A DNA stretch of 64,000 nucleotides from Negaprion brevirostris (Eukaryota): NCBI GenBank assembly GCA_030324005.1, contig JARDVH010000132.1, positions 77,948,896 to 78,012,895 of the forward strand, in the 5' to 3' direction. Below the pieces are notes generated by a model that saw only the letters and a list, made by a program, of their open reading frames with translations, was not told the DNA's origin and searched no databases. Each line of letters begins with the position of its first letter. Position 1 is the first letter of the stretch. The position numbers and the translations under genes are program-made. Positions 53,191 through 64,000 of the stretch are shown here, piece after piece.

Positions 53191-54789
53191 ACACTGACTG
53201 ATTTTGTTCAGTTTAAATATTGAAATTCTGAATGATTTACTTGTATCAAACTGCAAAACACATGCAATGAGAAAATAATGTCATTTTTGTAAGGTCAGAA
53301 ACAGTAATAGTGTGTCACAATCAGAGACACACAAATGAAGAATAGTATCCCCTCAGTAAAACGTTTGGGGCCTTGAAGAAATAAGTGTTTGGACACTATT
53401 CATTTTTGTCCAGTAGAGGACAGTAAAACAGGGTGTTACAGTGCAACCACTTGTAATATTCCTTGGAGCATGCAATTGACGTTTTGAATGAATAAATAAA
53501 ACAAACTTTAGAGCTGTGCTCATAAAATGAGCAAGTCTGCTTCTGGCATTATATATGGTTGTTTCTCAATAATATATTGCAGTTTGTCAGATGCATCAAT
53601 TTCCCAAGGTCTAATGTTACATACAAATTGAAATTTAAAAAGACCCTTTGCTCCTATCATATTTTGTCACAATTTACAATCATTCCTGAAACAAAGAAGA
53701 TACCATTTGTGGACCATTTATAATTAGTTAAGAAAACAAGATTCACAATAATAGATTATTTTTTGAGGTCAATGCACTTTAAAAAGTAAATTAAATATAT
53801 ACTATTTCCTTATTTATATATAAATAGTGCTTGTGCACTTATAGACACCATATCACAACCACTGGTTGATTAACAATTTTCTCCAAAATTATGCTTACAA
53901 AGGATAACTTTAAACAGTCAGATAAAAGCAAAAATTATATATAAACCAAAATACTATATTGAACCAAAAACAGAAAATGCTGGAAAATAAAGCCAAAGTT
54001 TTGATTCAGGATGACCCGTCATCAGACATGGCCACCAGGTTCAGCATATCTATAGTGATTTATAGCAAAATCAAACGGTGGAATTTTGCAAGATTTTTTC
54101 TAAGTTTTGGGCGGGCATGAAACTGGAAGAGTTCCAGATCTATTTTCTGGGTCAGTTTTCATGCTCAATCTTATACACTCTTGTCTTTAAAGTTTGGATA
54201 GATGTCAAGGTAGTCACATTACAGCACAATAACCTGACAGTGCAAGTCCACTCTTCAAGGGAATTGATTATGAATTTGCAGCATCTGAACAAGATGTAGA
54301 AATTCAAGAAGCACCTTGTACCTCACATACACATACCTTGAGTAACTATGATGATCAGACAGCTATAGATGAGAGGAAACTGATAGCAACTAAGTAACAG
54401 TGAGGCAGGAGANNNNNNNNNNCAAAGGGTCAAGTGAGTGGAGGGATGCAACTATAATTAGAAGAGCAGGAAAGGCCTCAGGAAAATATAACCACTGGCT
54501 CAACATCCAAAAGCAAGGGGTTAAAGCAAAAGCTATAGATTGGGAAAATGGAATAGAAAGATAGAAGTCAAAAAAGCAAGATTTAAGTTTTGATGATGAA
54601 TCAGTGAGTACTCGTGAACCCAGGAAAAGGTCACAAATCTGTGACTCAAGTCAGATTAACAGAGTATAGAGGTCTGAGAGTAGTAGTCATGACAGGGACA
54701 GGGACAGACATGGCAGTAGAGACTGCAGTTTAATGAGGAAGGCTAGAAATCAAGCCTTTCTCATTACACTAATAAGAGTAGAAGCCCCC

Positions 54790-56235
54790 ATGAAAGGAAT
54801 GTTTTGGTGGCTGCTAAACAAATGGGCATTATGGAAATAAGAGGAGCCAAACAAAGAGAATTGGAAAGAGTTCAAGGTGTACACTGAGGCATTAGACAAA
54901 GGGCAGCCTGCTCTGTCCCATCAGTGGGTTTTGCAAGATGGGACTTACAAAGCAAAGGCCAGATTGGTAGCCCGTGGGTATGAAGAAGACTTGAATGAAT
55001 GAAACATTAAGGTTGATTCACCCACAGCGGAGAAAGTGACTGATTTTTTTTTACTGTTCTAGCCTCTAATAATTGGGAATTAAGTTGATGGATATCAAAG
55101 CAGCATTTCTGCAGAGCAAAACATTTCAAAGAAAAGCTTTTTTGAAGCCACCCAAAGAGATAGGTAATACACAGGGACAGTTGTGGAAACTGAACAAATG
55201 TGGATATGGATACAGTGATGCATTAAGAGTATGGTATTTTTCTGTGTGATCTGTACTACTGGAAACTGGCTGTGTCCAGTTAAAAATGAATCCTACAATG
55301 TTCTATTGGAAGTCTGAAGGAAAATTGGCAGACATTTTTGTGATGCATGTTGATGACTTCCTATGGGGTGACACAGCTTAATTTGCAAAAAAGATAATTA
55401 ATAGATTAAAGATGGAATTTAAAATAGGGAGTCAAGTGGCCGGTGTTTTCCGATATATCAGTCTAGATATATGACAAGGCATTATCTGAGACAACAATGA
55501 ATCAACAGTGATATCCAGACAGCATTGATCCTATTCCCATAGCCAGAGAAAGGTCCATGAGAAAAGGGGAACTGGCCAATGAAAAAGTAACTGAATTGTT
55601 GAGGAGTAAAATAGGACAGTTAAATTGGCTGTGCATGCAGACAAGACCGGATGGGAGCTGTAACATCCTAGAGCTAAGTAATATGTGCCTCAGTCTGAGA
55701 GATCATGCAGGCAATTAAAACTTTAAAAATGCTGAAACTAGAGGAATGTGCAATTAGATTCCTGGCACTGGGAGAACTGGAAGATATGGAGTTAGTTGTG
55801 TTTAGTGATGCTTCACATGCTGATCTAACAGATGGACTGTCAAGCAGTTCTGGATTCATAAACTCTTGGTGGGTGAGAAAGGAAAATGTTGCCTCTTGGC
55901 CTGGGAAGCAAAGAAAATAAAAACAAAGTGAGAAGTGTGTTGGAGGCCAAAACCCTAGTGTTTGTGGAAGTGGCAGACATGGGAATATATCTTTCTGACA
56001 CAGTAACAGAATTATTTTTCAGGGCAACATTGGGAAAGAAGGTACTAATTGAGTGTTATGTGGACAATGCTCACTCGACAAAAGTGTAACAGAAAATTGA
56101 CCGAGAATTGATTTGGCCAGCATTAAACAAATGCCGGAAAACAAGGAGGTTTCAAAGCTAAACTGGGTTGGTTCAAATCTACAATTATCTGAAAGGGGTG
56201 CAGAGAAATTGTTGAGAATACTAGAGGGTGATTGC
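54790..56235 (+). mobile_element. Ty1/copia LTR-retrotransposon pol relic (RT and RNase H)
   Basis: KAKARLVARGYEE, DSPT, MDIKAAFLQ, LWKLNKCGYG, MHVDDFLWG (55346), IGQLNWL...TRPD, FSDASHADL, IECYVDN; frameshifts and stops present. Confidence 0.9.
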
Positions 56236-56431
56236 TTACATAGACTTCCAGAAGGAATTAGTTTAAGTCCCTCATTAGAAATGGCTAATCAAAGTTGGAA
56301 CTCACAGAATTGAAGGTAAATCATTTACATAGTGAAAAAATTGGCAGAGAGATGCAAGACAGAGAGCAGGGTTAACAGTAGGTACTTTAATTGGTAAAAT
56401 TATCTAAAATTAGCTTGAAGCAAAAAAAAAT

Positions 56432-56681
56432 GAAAAAGGGGAATTTGTTGCAATGTGAATAATGGAAACATTTTGTGGTGGTCAGCTGACCACCTGAGCC
56501 AGTGTAAATAGAAAGCAGATAGGGATTGGAGGGAGCTTTTGTGTCCCAAGCATGGCCCATGTGGTGGTGTAATGCAGTTTCTTTATCAAACCTTTACTTT
56601 GATTTACTTTGTAAAGTTGTTTTTCTTAATTGCTTGTTACTGGAATATCCTTACTGTTGGATAAATATAGGGTTTCCATCA
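56432..56681 (+). mobile_element. Candidate polypurine tract and 3' LTR of the copia relic
   Basis: gaaaaaggggaa (56432-56443), then TGTTG at 56446 ... ataaat ... ccatCA at 56681. No second LTR seen to confirm it. Confidence 0.45.
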
Positions 56682-56939
56682 TTGCATGGTAGGAACCCCA
56701 TTATGTAATGGGCAGGGTTTGAGAATAATCGAGCCAGGAAATCCCACAGGTGTAAAAGCCATTTTGGGTCTCCCTCTCGATTTTCTGCACCCCTCCCCCC
56801 CCCAATTGCCCCCGGCTATTCCCGTCTGCTGTAACGTGCATGCTAAATGAACATGCTGATAAAGAAAGTTGAGATGCCACAGTACTGATGCCCGACAATC
56901 TATGATCTTGCTCCTGACATCGAGAATCAGCTAGTTTCT

Positions 56940-57600
56940 CATCTGAAATGTTGAAATGTTGTGAGGCACATTCATTGCGTCTAGATGAGTCAACTGATAT
57001 ATCAGGGCTTGCGATATTGCTTGTATTTGCATGCACGTATTTGATAACTTTATTGAGGGGGACTTGCTGCTGGTGACATTCTGGAGGGGTGCCGGACATC
57101 AGGCGGGAGGGGTGGGGAAACATTTTCAATTACATCATACAGTGCCTTTGTGATTTGCACTCTTTGTTGGAATACTTCCGTTCATCAAATGAGTATAAAT
57201 TGTAAGTGTGTAACCTGTTTGCACTATTGGCCAAGACTTATCAGTGCATCGTTATAAGAGCCTGATTGACATGGCTTCTGACTCCACACTAAAACAATGC
57301 TTCAGTGAACTTCTGAGGATGAATTTTTGGAGCAGCTTAATGCACAAGCATTCCATTGTGGCAAAGAGAGCAGTTTGTTAGCTCCTTCCTGTCACAACAA
57401 CATGCTTGTGTGAAAATGTTTTTTCCTTATACTCTCAACAAAAGCAAAAACAGGAGCAGACTGAATGGCATTCCTGATCTGAAGATCCAGTTCTCCAACA
57501 TCACTCCAATACCAAATGGATCAGTCAGCAAAGGAGGCAGCATCACCACTCCCATTAAAGACAACAAGAAGAAGGTCAGACTTTGTTGAATAAAATAATA
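56940..57600 (+). mobile_element. Internally deleted hAT (Charlie/Buster-like) transposase relic
   Basis: SLRLDESTDISGLAILLVF and C-terminal PVTTTCLCENVFS...KSKNRSRLN..PDLKIQFSNITP dimerisation-region motifs. Confidence 0.8.
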
Positions 57601-57739
57601 TTTCATTGATAATATAAGCATACATATTGCTAGAAAAGGCNNNNNNNNNNAAGGCTTCTGTACGTTTGTTTTCTGTGTCCGCACTCATCTCGTGACAAAA
57701 AAAATTGTCTTCAACATGATAAGAATATTTGGGCTTCCT

Positions 57740-58380
57740 TGATGCTCTTCAGAGGTCAACTTTTAAGCCATCCGTATATCTTGAATGTCACGCTTCCATC
57801 TACACTGCTTAAAACAATGGCTATCTTTGTCCCATCAGCAAATATGGACATGTGGCTTTTTATTCCATTATCTATGTTGTTAATAAATATGATTAATAGT
57901 TGTTGCCCCAACACAGATCCTGAAGACACTATTAGCTACATTCTGCCAATTAAAGTACCCACTGTTAACCCTGCTCTCTGTCTCATATCTCTCTGCCAAT
58001 TTCTTCACCATGTAAATAATTTGCCTTCAATTCTGTGAGCTCCAACTTTGACCAGCTGTCTCTAATGAGGAACTTAAACAAATTCCTTCTGGAAGTCCAT
58101 GCAAACTACATTCCTAAACATTCCCTGTCTATTATTTTAGTCACTTCTTCAAAAAATTCAATCAAGTTCATTTGACGTTACCTACTGTTTAAAAATCCAC
58201 GCTGGCTCTTTCTGATCCTTAAAACATTTTAAACGTTATTTGTCAGCCTATCCTTTAATTATAGAATCTAGTATTTTCTTGACATTAGGTGTTCGGCTAA
58301 TTGGTCTCTTTCCCTGGTTTCCCTCTGTTACCTTTAATAGAAAAGTGACGGACAAATTTCCAATCTAAAGGAATGATCTC
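57740..58380 (-). mobile_element. Decayed CR1 RT fragment
   Basis: Minus-strand MDFQK, GSVLGQQLLIIFINN, MSIFADGTKI motifs. Confidence 0.7.
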
Positions 58381-58394
58381 TGACTTTAGGGATG

Positions 58395-58770
58395 CTATTA
58401 TAGTGATCATGTCACTGAATGAATAATCCAGAAGTTCATGCTAATGTTCCATCAATGTGGATTCAAATCCCACCATGGCAGTTGGTGGAATTTCAATTCA
58501 ATTAATAAATCTGAAATGTAAGTCCAGTCTCAGTAATAGTGAATGTGAAACTACTAATTGTACAAGATCCAATTGTTCACTGATGTCCTTCAAGGAAGGA
58601 AATCTGCCATCCTGACCTGGTGTGGCCTACATGTGAATCCAGACCCCTACAGCAATATGATGGATCTTAATTGTCTCCTGAAATATTCAGGTCAGTTCAA
58701 GAGTAATTAGGAATGGGCAGCAATAGTGGGCTTTGTCAGATATGTCCAAATCTATGAAAGAATAAATAAC
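58395..58770 (+). mobile_element. Second shark tRNA-derived SINE family, near full length
   Basis: B-box ggattcaaatccc, core aataaatctg...ctcagtaat, A-rich end. Confidence 0.8.
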
Positions 58771-59429
58771 AACAAATTCCTGGATAACCATCCGAGTGAA
58801 TACATCAAAACTCCCTGATGTCTCTGTATTGAACTCAGAGTCAGAGGGCCACAGAAAGCAGGAGAATTGTTCATCAGAAGTTTAAACCTTCTGGGCAATT
58901 CTCAGGTAGGTTACCATGCCCAGACTTCCACAGGGTTCCAATCTGCATCTGCAGTTATGTATCTGGTCTCCGATGATCCAGACTGCTAGATTAGGCTGAT
59001 ATAACATTCTTGTGGTAATAAGACACTTTTCATGGCCTCACGACATCCAAAAGTGTTTGACAGTCAATTAAACAGCAAAGCCACTGTTATAATATAGATA
59101 ATATAGCATATATACATATAATATATATCTGCCCCTGCTGGTTGGTTTCACGATATAGGTGAGAGGAGGTCATATTTTGTGCCACTACTGAAGTTTGACT
59201 TTGACCAGTCATTGTTCTCTTTAGTACTTTGGAAGGGCTTTTGATACTTGTTTATCTCATTTCAGTATTGAGGGCATATATTTCCCAAAGGAAATTTCAA
59301 TATTCCATGAAGGGGAGAAGGGCAGGAACATGGAAGAACGTTTATGGGAGGTTCTTCGAATAAAACATCACAGAAAAGATCTTCTCTCAATATGCATATA
59401 TGTAATCATCATTTTCTGCTTACCAAGAA

Positions 59430-60630
59430 GGCCCTACTTAGATATTCCTGGTTGCCGGTGATGGAAGGCTGTGCCTCACCTTGTGACAATCAGGGAGATA
59501 TATCAACAATCGACTGAAGATCTGCAATTCAATTCCATGAGGGAAAAAATGGCTGTGACTCTCCCACTTGCGACCCGTAACTTTTCTAGCGAGTCGGGGT
59601 GGGAGATGTGCATCGCCCACCTTGTTTCAGGATTTGCGCAAGCGCCAGGAATACATGTGTATCTCCCAGAGCCGGTGAACAGTCGCCGGTCAGACCATGC
59701 TGGAAATCGACGGGAAGATAGGTAAGTAATTTGAATCTGTTTTAAATATATTTTAAATACCTTTTCGATGTAATTATTGGGAAATTACCAGTCCCGATTG
59801 AATCGCCCATCCCAGGAGTTCAGACTAGCTTCTCACATTCAGGAAACTAGTGGGAGACCCCGCCGGAATGATGGGGGGGCCAATCGGAGCCCCCCAGGGA
59901 GTCGGACAGTGGGGCAGTGGTGTCCCCTGGGCATGAGCACCCTGGCAGTTGCAGCCTGTGTCCCCTGGCAATGTCCAAGGGCGAAGTGTCCATGTCCGGG
60001 GGCACCTTGGCACTGCCCATCAGGCATTGGGCAGTGCCAAGGGGGCAGNNNNGGGCAATCGATGGGACTGAGGGCTCCCACTGCCACTCTGCAAACAGGA
60101 TCAGCCAGGGATGGAGGGAGGGCAGCGATTGGGATGGGCTGAGGGAGGGTGGTCTGCTGGGGGGGCTTGCCTTGGGTGAGGTCTGAACCCAGAGGGGTTC
60201 AGCGGAGAGGATCTGCTGGGGTAAGGGGGGGAATTGCCACTACTGGGGGGGTGGGCTGTACATAGGGTGCTCTAGGACAGGAGCATTAGGACTGGCCCAG
60301 GAATTGCTGTGGAGGCCATGATCAGGCCGTGGAAGGGTACTGGAGGGGAAGCACTGTGAGGGTCCTGGGCTGGCAATGATCAGGCTGGACAGCAAACGGA
60401 GAGTCTGACTGATAAGTGCCACTGTGCATGTACAGAGCTCTGGAACTGTCAGACTTCAGTGCAAATAGGCCTCGCCTCCGTGCACCCCTAGGTTTTTAAT
60501 GATATTCACAACTGGGACCTCTGCAATACACAGAGTGGGGAGATTCAGTTGAGAAGCTGAACTGACAAAACAGTCAGTATCTAGAACAGTTTTCCCGCCA
60601 ATTCAACGCTTTTGGGAGAATCACAGCCAG
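59430..60630. mobile_element. GC-rich non-autonomous element (probable DNA transposon/MITE)
   Basis: Abrupt GC/CpG-rich island with internal tgccc/gggca repeats; right end resembles the reverse complement of 54076-54175. Confidence 0.5.
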
Positions 60631-61644
60631 CATTTCTACATCTGTTGAAGTCACCATTGCACTGAATTTATTTGTGGTAACAGCTGGTAACTTTTGTCAT
60701 ATTTTCAAGAAGGCTGATTTTATATATCAGAGAGTTATACATTTCAGATCCTTCCCCTTAAAAAACTGATAAACAAAGGGATTAGAGATGTCATGTTATA
60801 GCTGTCAAGGACTGAGCAGGCTAGGGATTTTTCTCCAGAAAGGAAAAGGCTGAGAAGTGACCAAAAGAGATCTGTAAAATAATAAAGGGATTTGCTAGAG
60901 TCAATGTAGAGAAGATCTATGGAGGAGTCCAAGACTATGAAGCATAAATATGACATTGTCACTAATAAATCCAATAGGGAATTTAGGATAAATAACTTTG
61001 CCAAGAAATCAGGGAAAGATGCTCTTTTGGAGTTCAGTGCAGATTCAATGGGCCGAATGGCCTCCTTCTACACTGTAGGGATTCAATGGGATTGACCTTA
61101 AAAAATAACTCTGTTCCTCTCTCCATTGATGCTGCCTGATCTGCTGTGTATTTCCAGGATTTCCTGTTTTTATTTCAGATTTCCAGCATTTGCAGTATTT
61201 TGCTTTTTTCAAGAGTTTATTGCATTTAGTCTGGACCTGGTTAGAGCGATGGGTTTTCTTCTCTACATTATGTTAGCTGACCAGCTAATCTGAGTTGTAA
61301 GGAATTAATGACCAATTGTGGAAATCCTAGGCATTTTTTGTTGTTAGCCCAGAAATTGCTGAATTTTCTGTTTTCAGTCTCAGAGTTTGTTTCTGTGAGA
61401 TTTGCATTGAAGACCTCCACGCAGCTGTTTCAGCACCATCAGCACTTGGCTACCATACTCATTGGTACTTTTAAATAACTTCTACTGATTTTATTCCCAC
61501 CCACTCTGATGAAGATTTCTGGCCTACATGAAATACTTCAGTGAGCAACAAAGCTGAGTTGGGGATTAAGTAAAGTGACATAGAAGTTTGTCTCTCTGTT
61601 TCATTTAATTGATCTTCTGGTACTCCAATAAGTAAGTTTAAGTT

Positions 61645-62171
61645 TAAGTTTAAGGGGTACATGTTCATAGCTCCTTGAAAGTGGAATCACAGGTGGACAG
61701 AGTGGTGAAGAAGGCATTCACTATGCTTGGTTTCATTGGTCAGAACATTGAATACAGGAGTTGGGACATCTTGTTGAACTAATACAAGACATTACTAAGG
61801 CCACACTTGGAATACTGTGTACAGTTCTGGTCACCATATTATAGAAGGATATCATTAAACTAGAAAGAGTGCAGAAAAGATTTACTAGGGTGCTACCAGA
61901 CTTGATGGTTTGTGTTATAAGGAGAGGCTGGATAGACTGGAACATTTTTCTCTGGAGTGTAGAAGGCTGAGGGGTGACCTTATAGAGGTCTATAAAATAA
62001 TGAGGGGCATTGACCTGCTAAATAGCAAAAATCTTTTCCCAAACGTAGGGGAGTCTAAAACTAGAGAGCATAGGTTTAAGGTGAGAGGGGCAAGATACAA
62101 AAGGGTCCAGAGGGGCACTTTTTTCACACAGAGGCTGGTGAGTGTCTGGAACAAGTTGCCAGAGGTAGTAG
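61645..62171 (+). mobile_element. CR1/HER1-type LINE 3' part running into a gap
   Basis: RPHLEYCVQFWSP, RRLRGDLIEVYKIMRG; closely similar to the 39760-40400 copy. Confidence 0.92.
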
Positions 62172-62485
62172 NNNNNNNNNNNNNNNNNNNNNNNNNNNNN
62201 NNNNNNNNNNNNNNNNNNNNNNNNNNNNNNNNNNNNNNNNNNNNNNNNNNNNNNNNNNNNNNNNNNNNNNNNNNNNNNNNNNNNNNNNNNNNNNNNNNNN
62301 NNNNNNNNNNNNNNNNNNNNNNNNNNNNNNNNNNNNNNNNNNNNNNNNNNNNNNNNNNNNNNNNNNNNNNNNNNNNNNNNNNNNNNNNNNNNNNNNNNNN
62401 NNNNNNNNNNNNNNNNNNNNNNNNNNNNNNNNNNNNNNNNNNNNNNNNNNNNNNNNNNNNNNNNNNNNNNNNNNNNNNNNNNNNN

Positions 62486-62566
62486 CTGCATAGGCAGTAA
62501 CCGAAGCTGGAAATCGAAACCAATCCCTGGTGCTTTGAGGTAGCAGTGCTAACCACTGTGCCACCA
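62486..62566 (-). mobile_element. HE1-type SINE 5' head
   Basis: gcagtgctaaccactgtgccacc. Confidence 0.7.
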
Positions 62567-62849
62567 TAAGTAGTGTCAAAGTACTAGCTAGAAACATGCA
62601 GAAGAGCACCATGGAATCTTTTATATCCATCTCAACAGTTTGATTTAATGTGTCATGCAGTACCCTCTCAATTAAAACCACATAATGTACTCAAAACGTA
62701 GAGAGACATTAACCCCATGCTGTCTATTTGATGTATGAGAGCTCTATTAACTGATCCAAAATTACAGGAAAGAATGAAATTTGCTCCATTGCTTTTTATG
62801 CAATATAACCATTAGAAAGAAATCCACAATCCATTCAAATAATCACAAA

Positions 62850-63700
62850 AGTTAAGAATAACATTCTTATCTTGGCGCACCTCAACGCAATACTCATTCA
62901 TTGACACTACATTATGTTAACAATGCAATTTCCATCCATTGCTTGGCTTCATGCTCTTCCTATCTAACTATTCTCTTCCTCTATGGACTTCTCTATCTCT
63001 AGTTTTTGAAATGGGATTTTGACTGATTTTTACTTCAATAGCAGAAAATCCCTGGATTTCTTCCCATTTGATGTGCTGTAAAGACAACATCTCCTCCCAG
63101 TTTCTGGCCCTCCATTGAATCAACTCTGGTGACACTACCTTCTGCACCAGAATGTTTAAAGTATTTCTTTCCTCTGCACAGTCAGCTCTTGACTGTGTCT
63201 GCTCCATTTCCCATGTGTGTGCCTCAATTTCTTCCGTCTCCTTTTCCACGTGGGACAGAGAATGTTCCTGCCTTTCTTCACCTTGCAACCCACAGGTCTC
63301 TCCATTTGTGAGACTGTCTTTGGCCATTTCTGCCAATTCCAATATAATCCCACAACCAAACACATCTTTGGTGGAATATGTTCAAGGGACTGAATAGCCC
63401 ATTCCTGTTTCTATGTTCCTTTCCTTCTTTCTGCACTTTCAGACAGATCATTTCACTTGGTTCTCTCTTCCACCATTCCTGACACCTTGCTATGTAAATA
63501 CAGGAGATGAGACATCTGCTCAATAAATCCTTCACACACAGTTCTGCAGGATTGCACACATTCCTTCCATATATGAAATAGATTCACATGTGCTTCCTTT
63601 AGTCTAGTCTTTAGCATTTGCTACTTATGTCTTCTACTTTCAGGAAATGAAATATGGATTATGTAACTGCTTTGTGAAATACTACATTCTGCTGAAAAGC
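62850..63700 (+). mobile_element. Decayed Penelope-like retroelement ORF (RT end, linker, GIY-YIG region)
   Basis: TLQPTGL...GHFCQFQYNPTTKHIF, then RFTCASFSLVFSIC and an EMKYGL..CFVKY remnant resembling PLE linker/GIY-YIG; heavily mutated. Confidence 0.55.
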
Positions 63701-64000
63701 AGACTATTGTGGATGCTGGAAATCTAAAATAAAAACAGAAAAACACTCCACCCCCTAGTTAACTATGGCTGTCCCCTTCAACTTCCTCTCTGATTCTTAC
63801 TTTCTGTCGCTGGTTTTGCATTCAGCTCTGCCAAAGTTCAACTCTCTGCTGTTAAATTTTATTTTGATAGGTACAAAGTTTAGCTATATCCTCATCATGA
63901 AACTTGTTTAAAAGCCAGTTCTTTCACAATCCTCCATTATCTTGCATTTCTCTTGGCCTTCACTTATTCCTCATTTGATTAGTGTCTTAATGCTTCAATC

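Noticed and set aside
1-64000. CRISPR array, operon or prokaryotic defence system
   Set aside because: No regularly spaced repeats or dense coding; the sequence is vertebrate.

Overview
Eukaryotic, not prokaryotic, DNA: a gapped draft-assembly segment of a cartilaginous fish (shark) genome, inferred from HE1-type V-SINEs, CR1/HER1-type LINEs and SacSINE1/DeuSINE-like repeats. It holds two bHLH developmental genes, both on the minus strand. TWIST1 (CDS 18599-19099) has a 3'UTR intron and a strongly conserved 3'UTR end. FERD3L/Nato3 (CDS 35575-36188) is broken by an artefactual 100-N gap; removing a 28-bp overlap restores a full 161-aa protein. The order and orientation match the vertebrate HDAC9-TWIST1-FERD3L block, and no HDAC9 exon was recognised. 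Both genes sit in repeat-poor, CpG-retaining domains. The rest is decayed transposons: CR1, L2, Rex1/Babar, Penelope-like, hAT, several SINEs and one Ty1/copia relic. Most ORF-track entries are spurious. I found no convincing undescribed biological system. The best leads are hammerhead-ribozyme-like cores in Penelope-type repeats, the copia relic, nested insertions and candidate enhancer/CTCF elements. Repeat boundaries are approximate, and family names come from recall and manual translation, not database searches.
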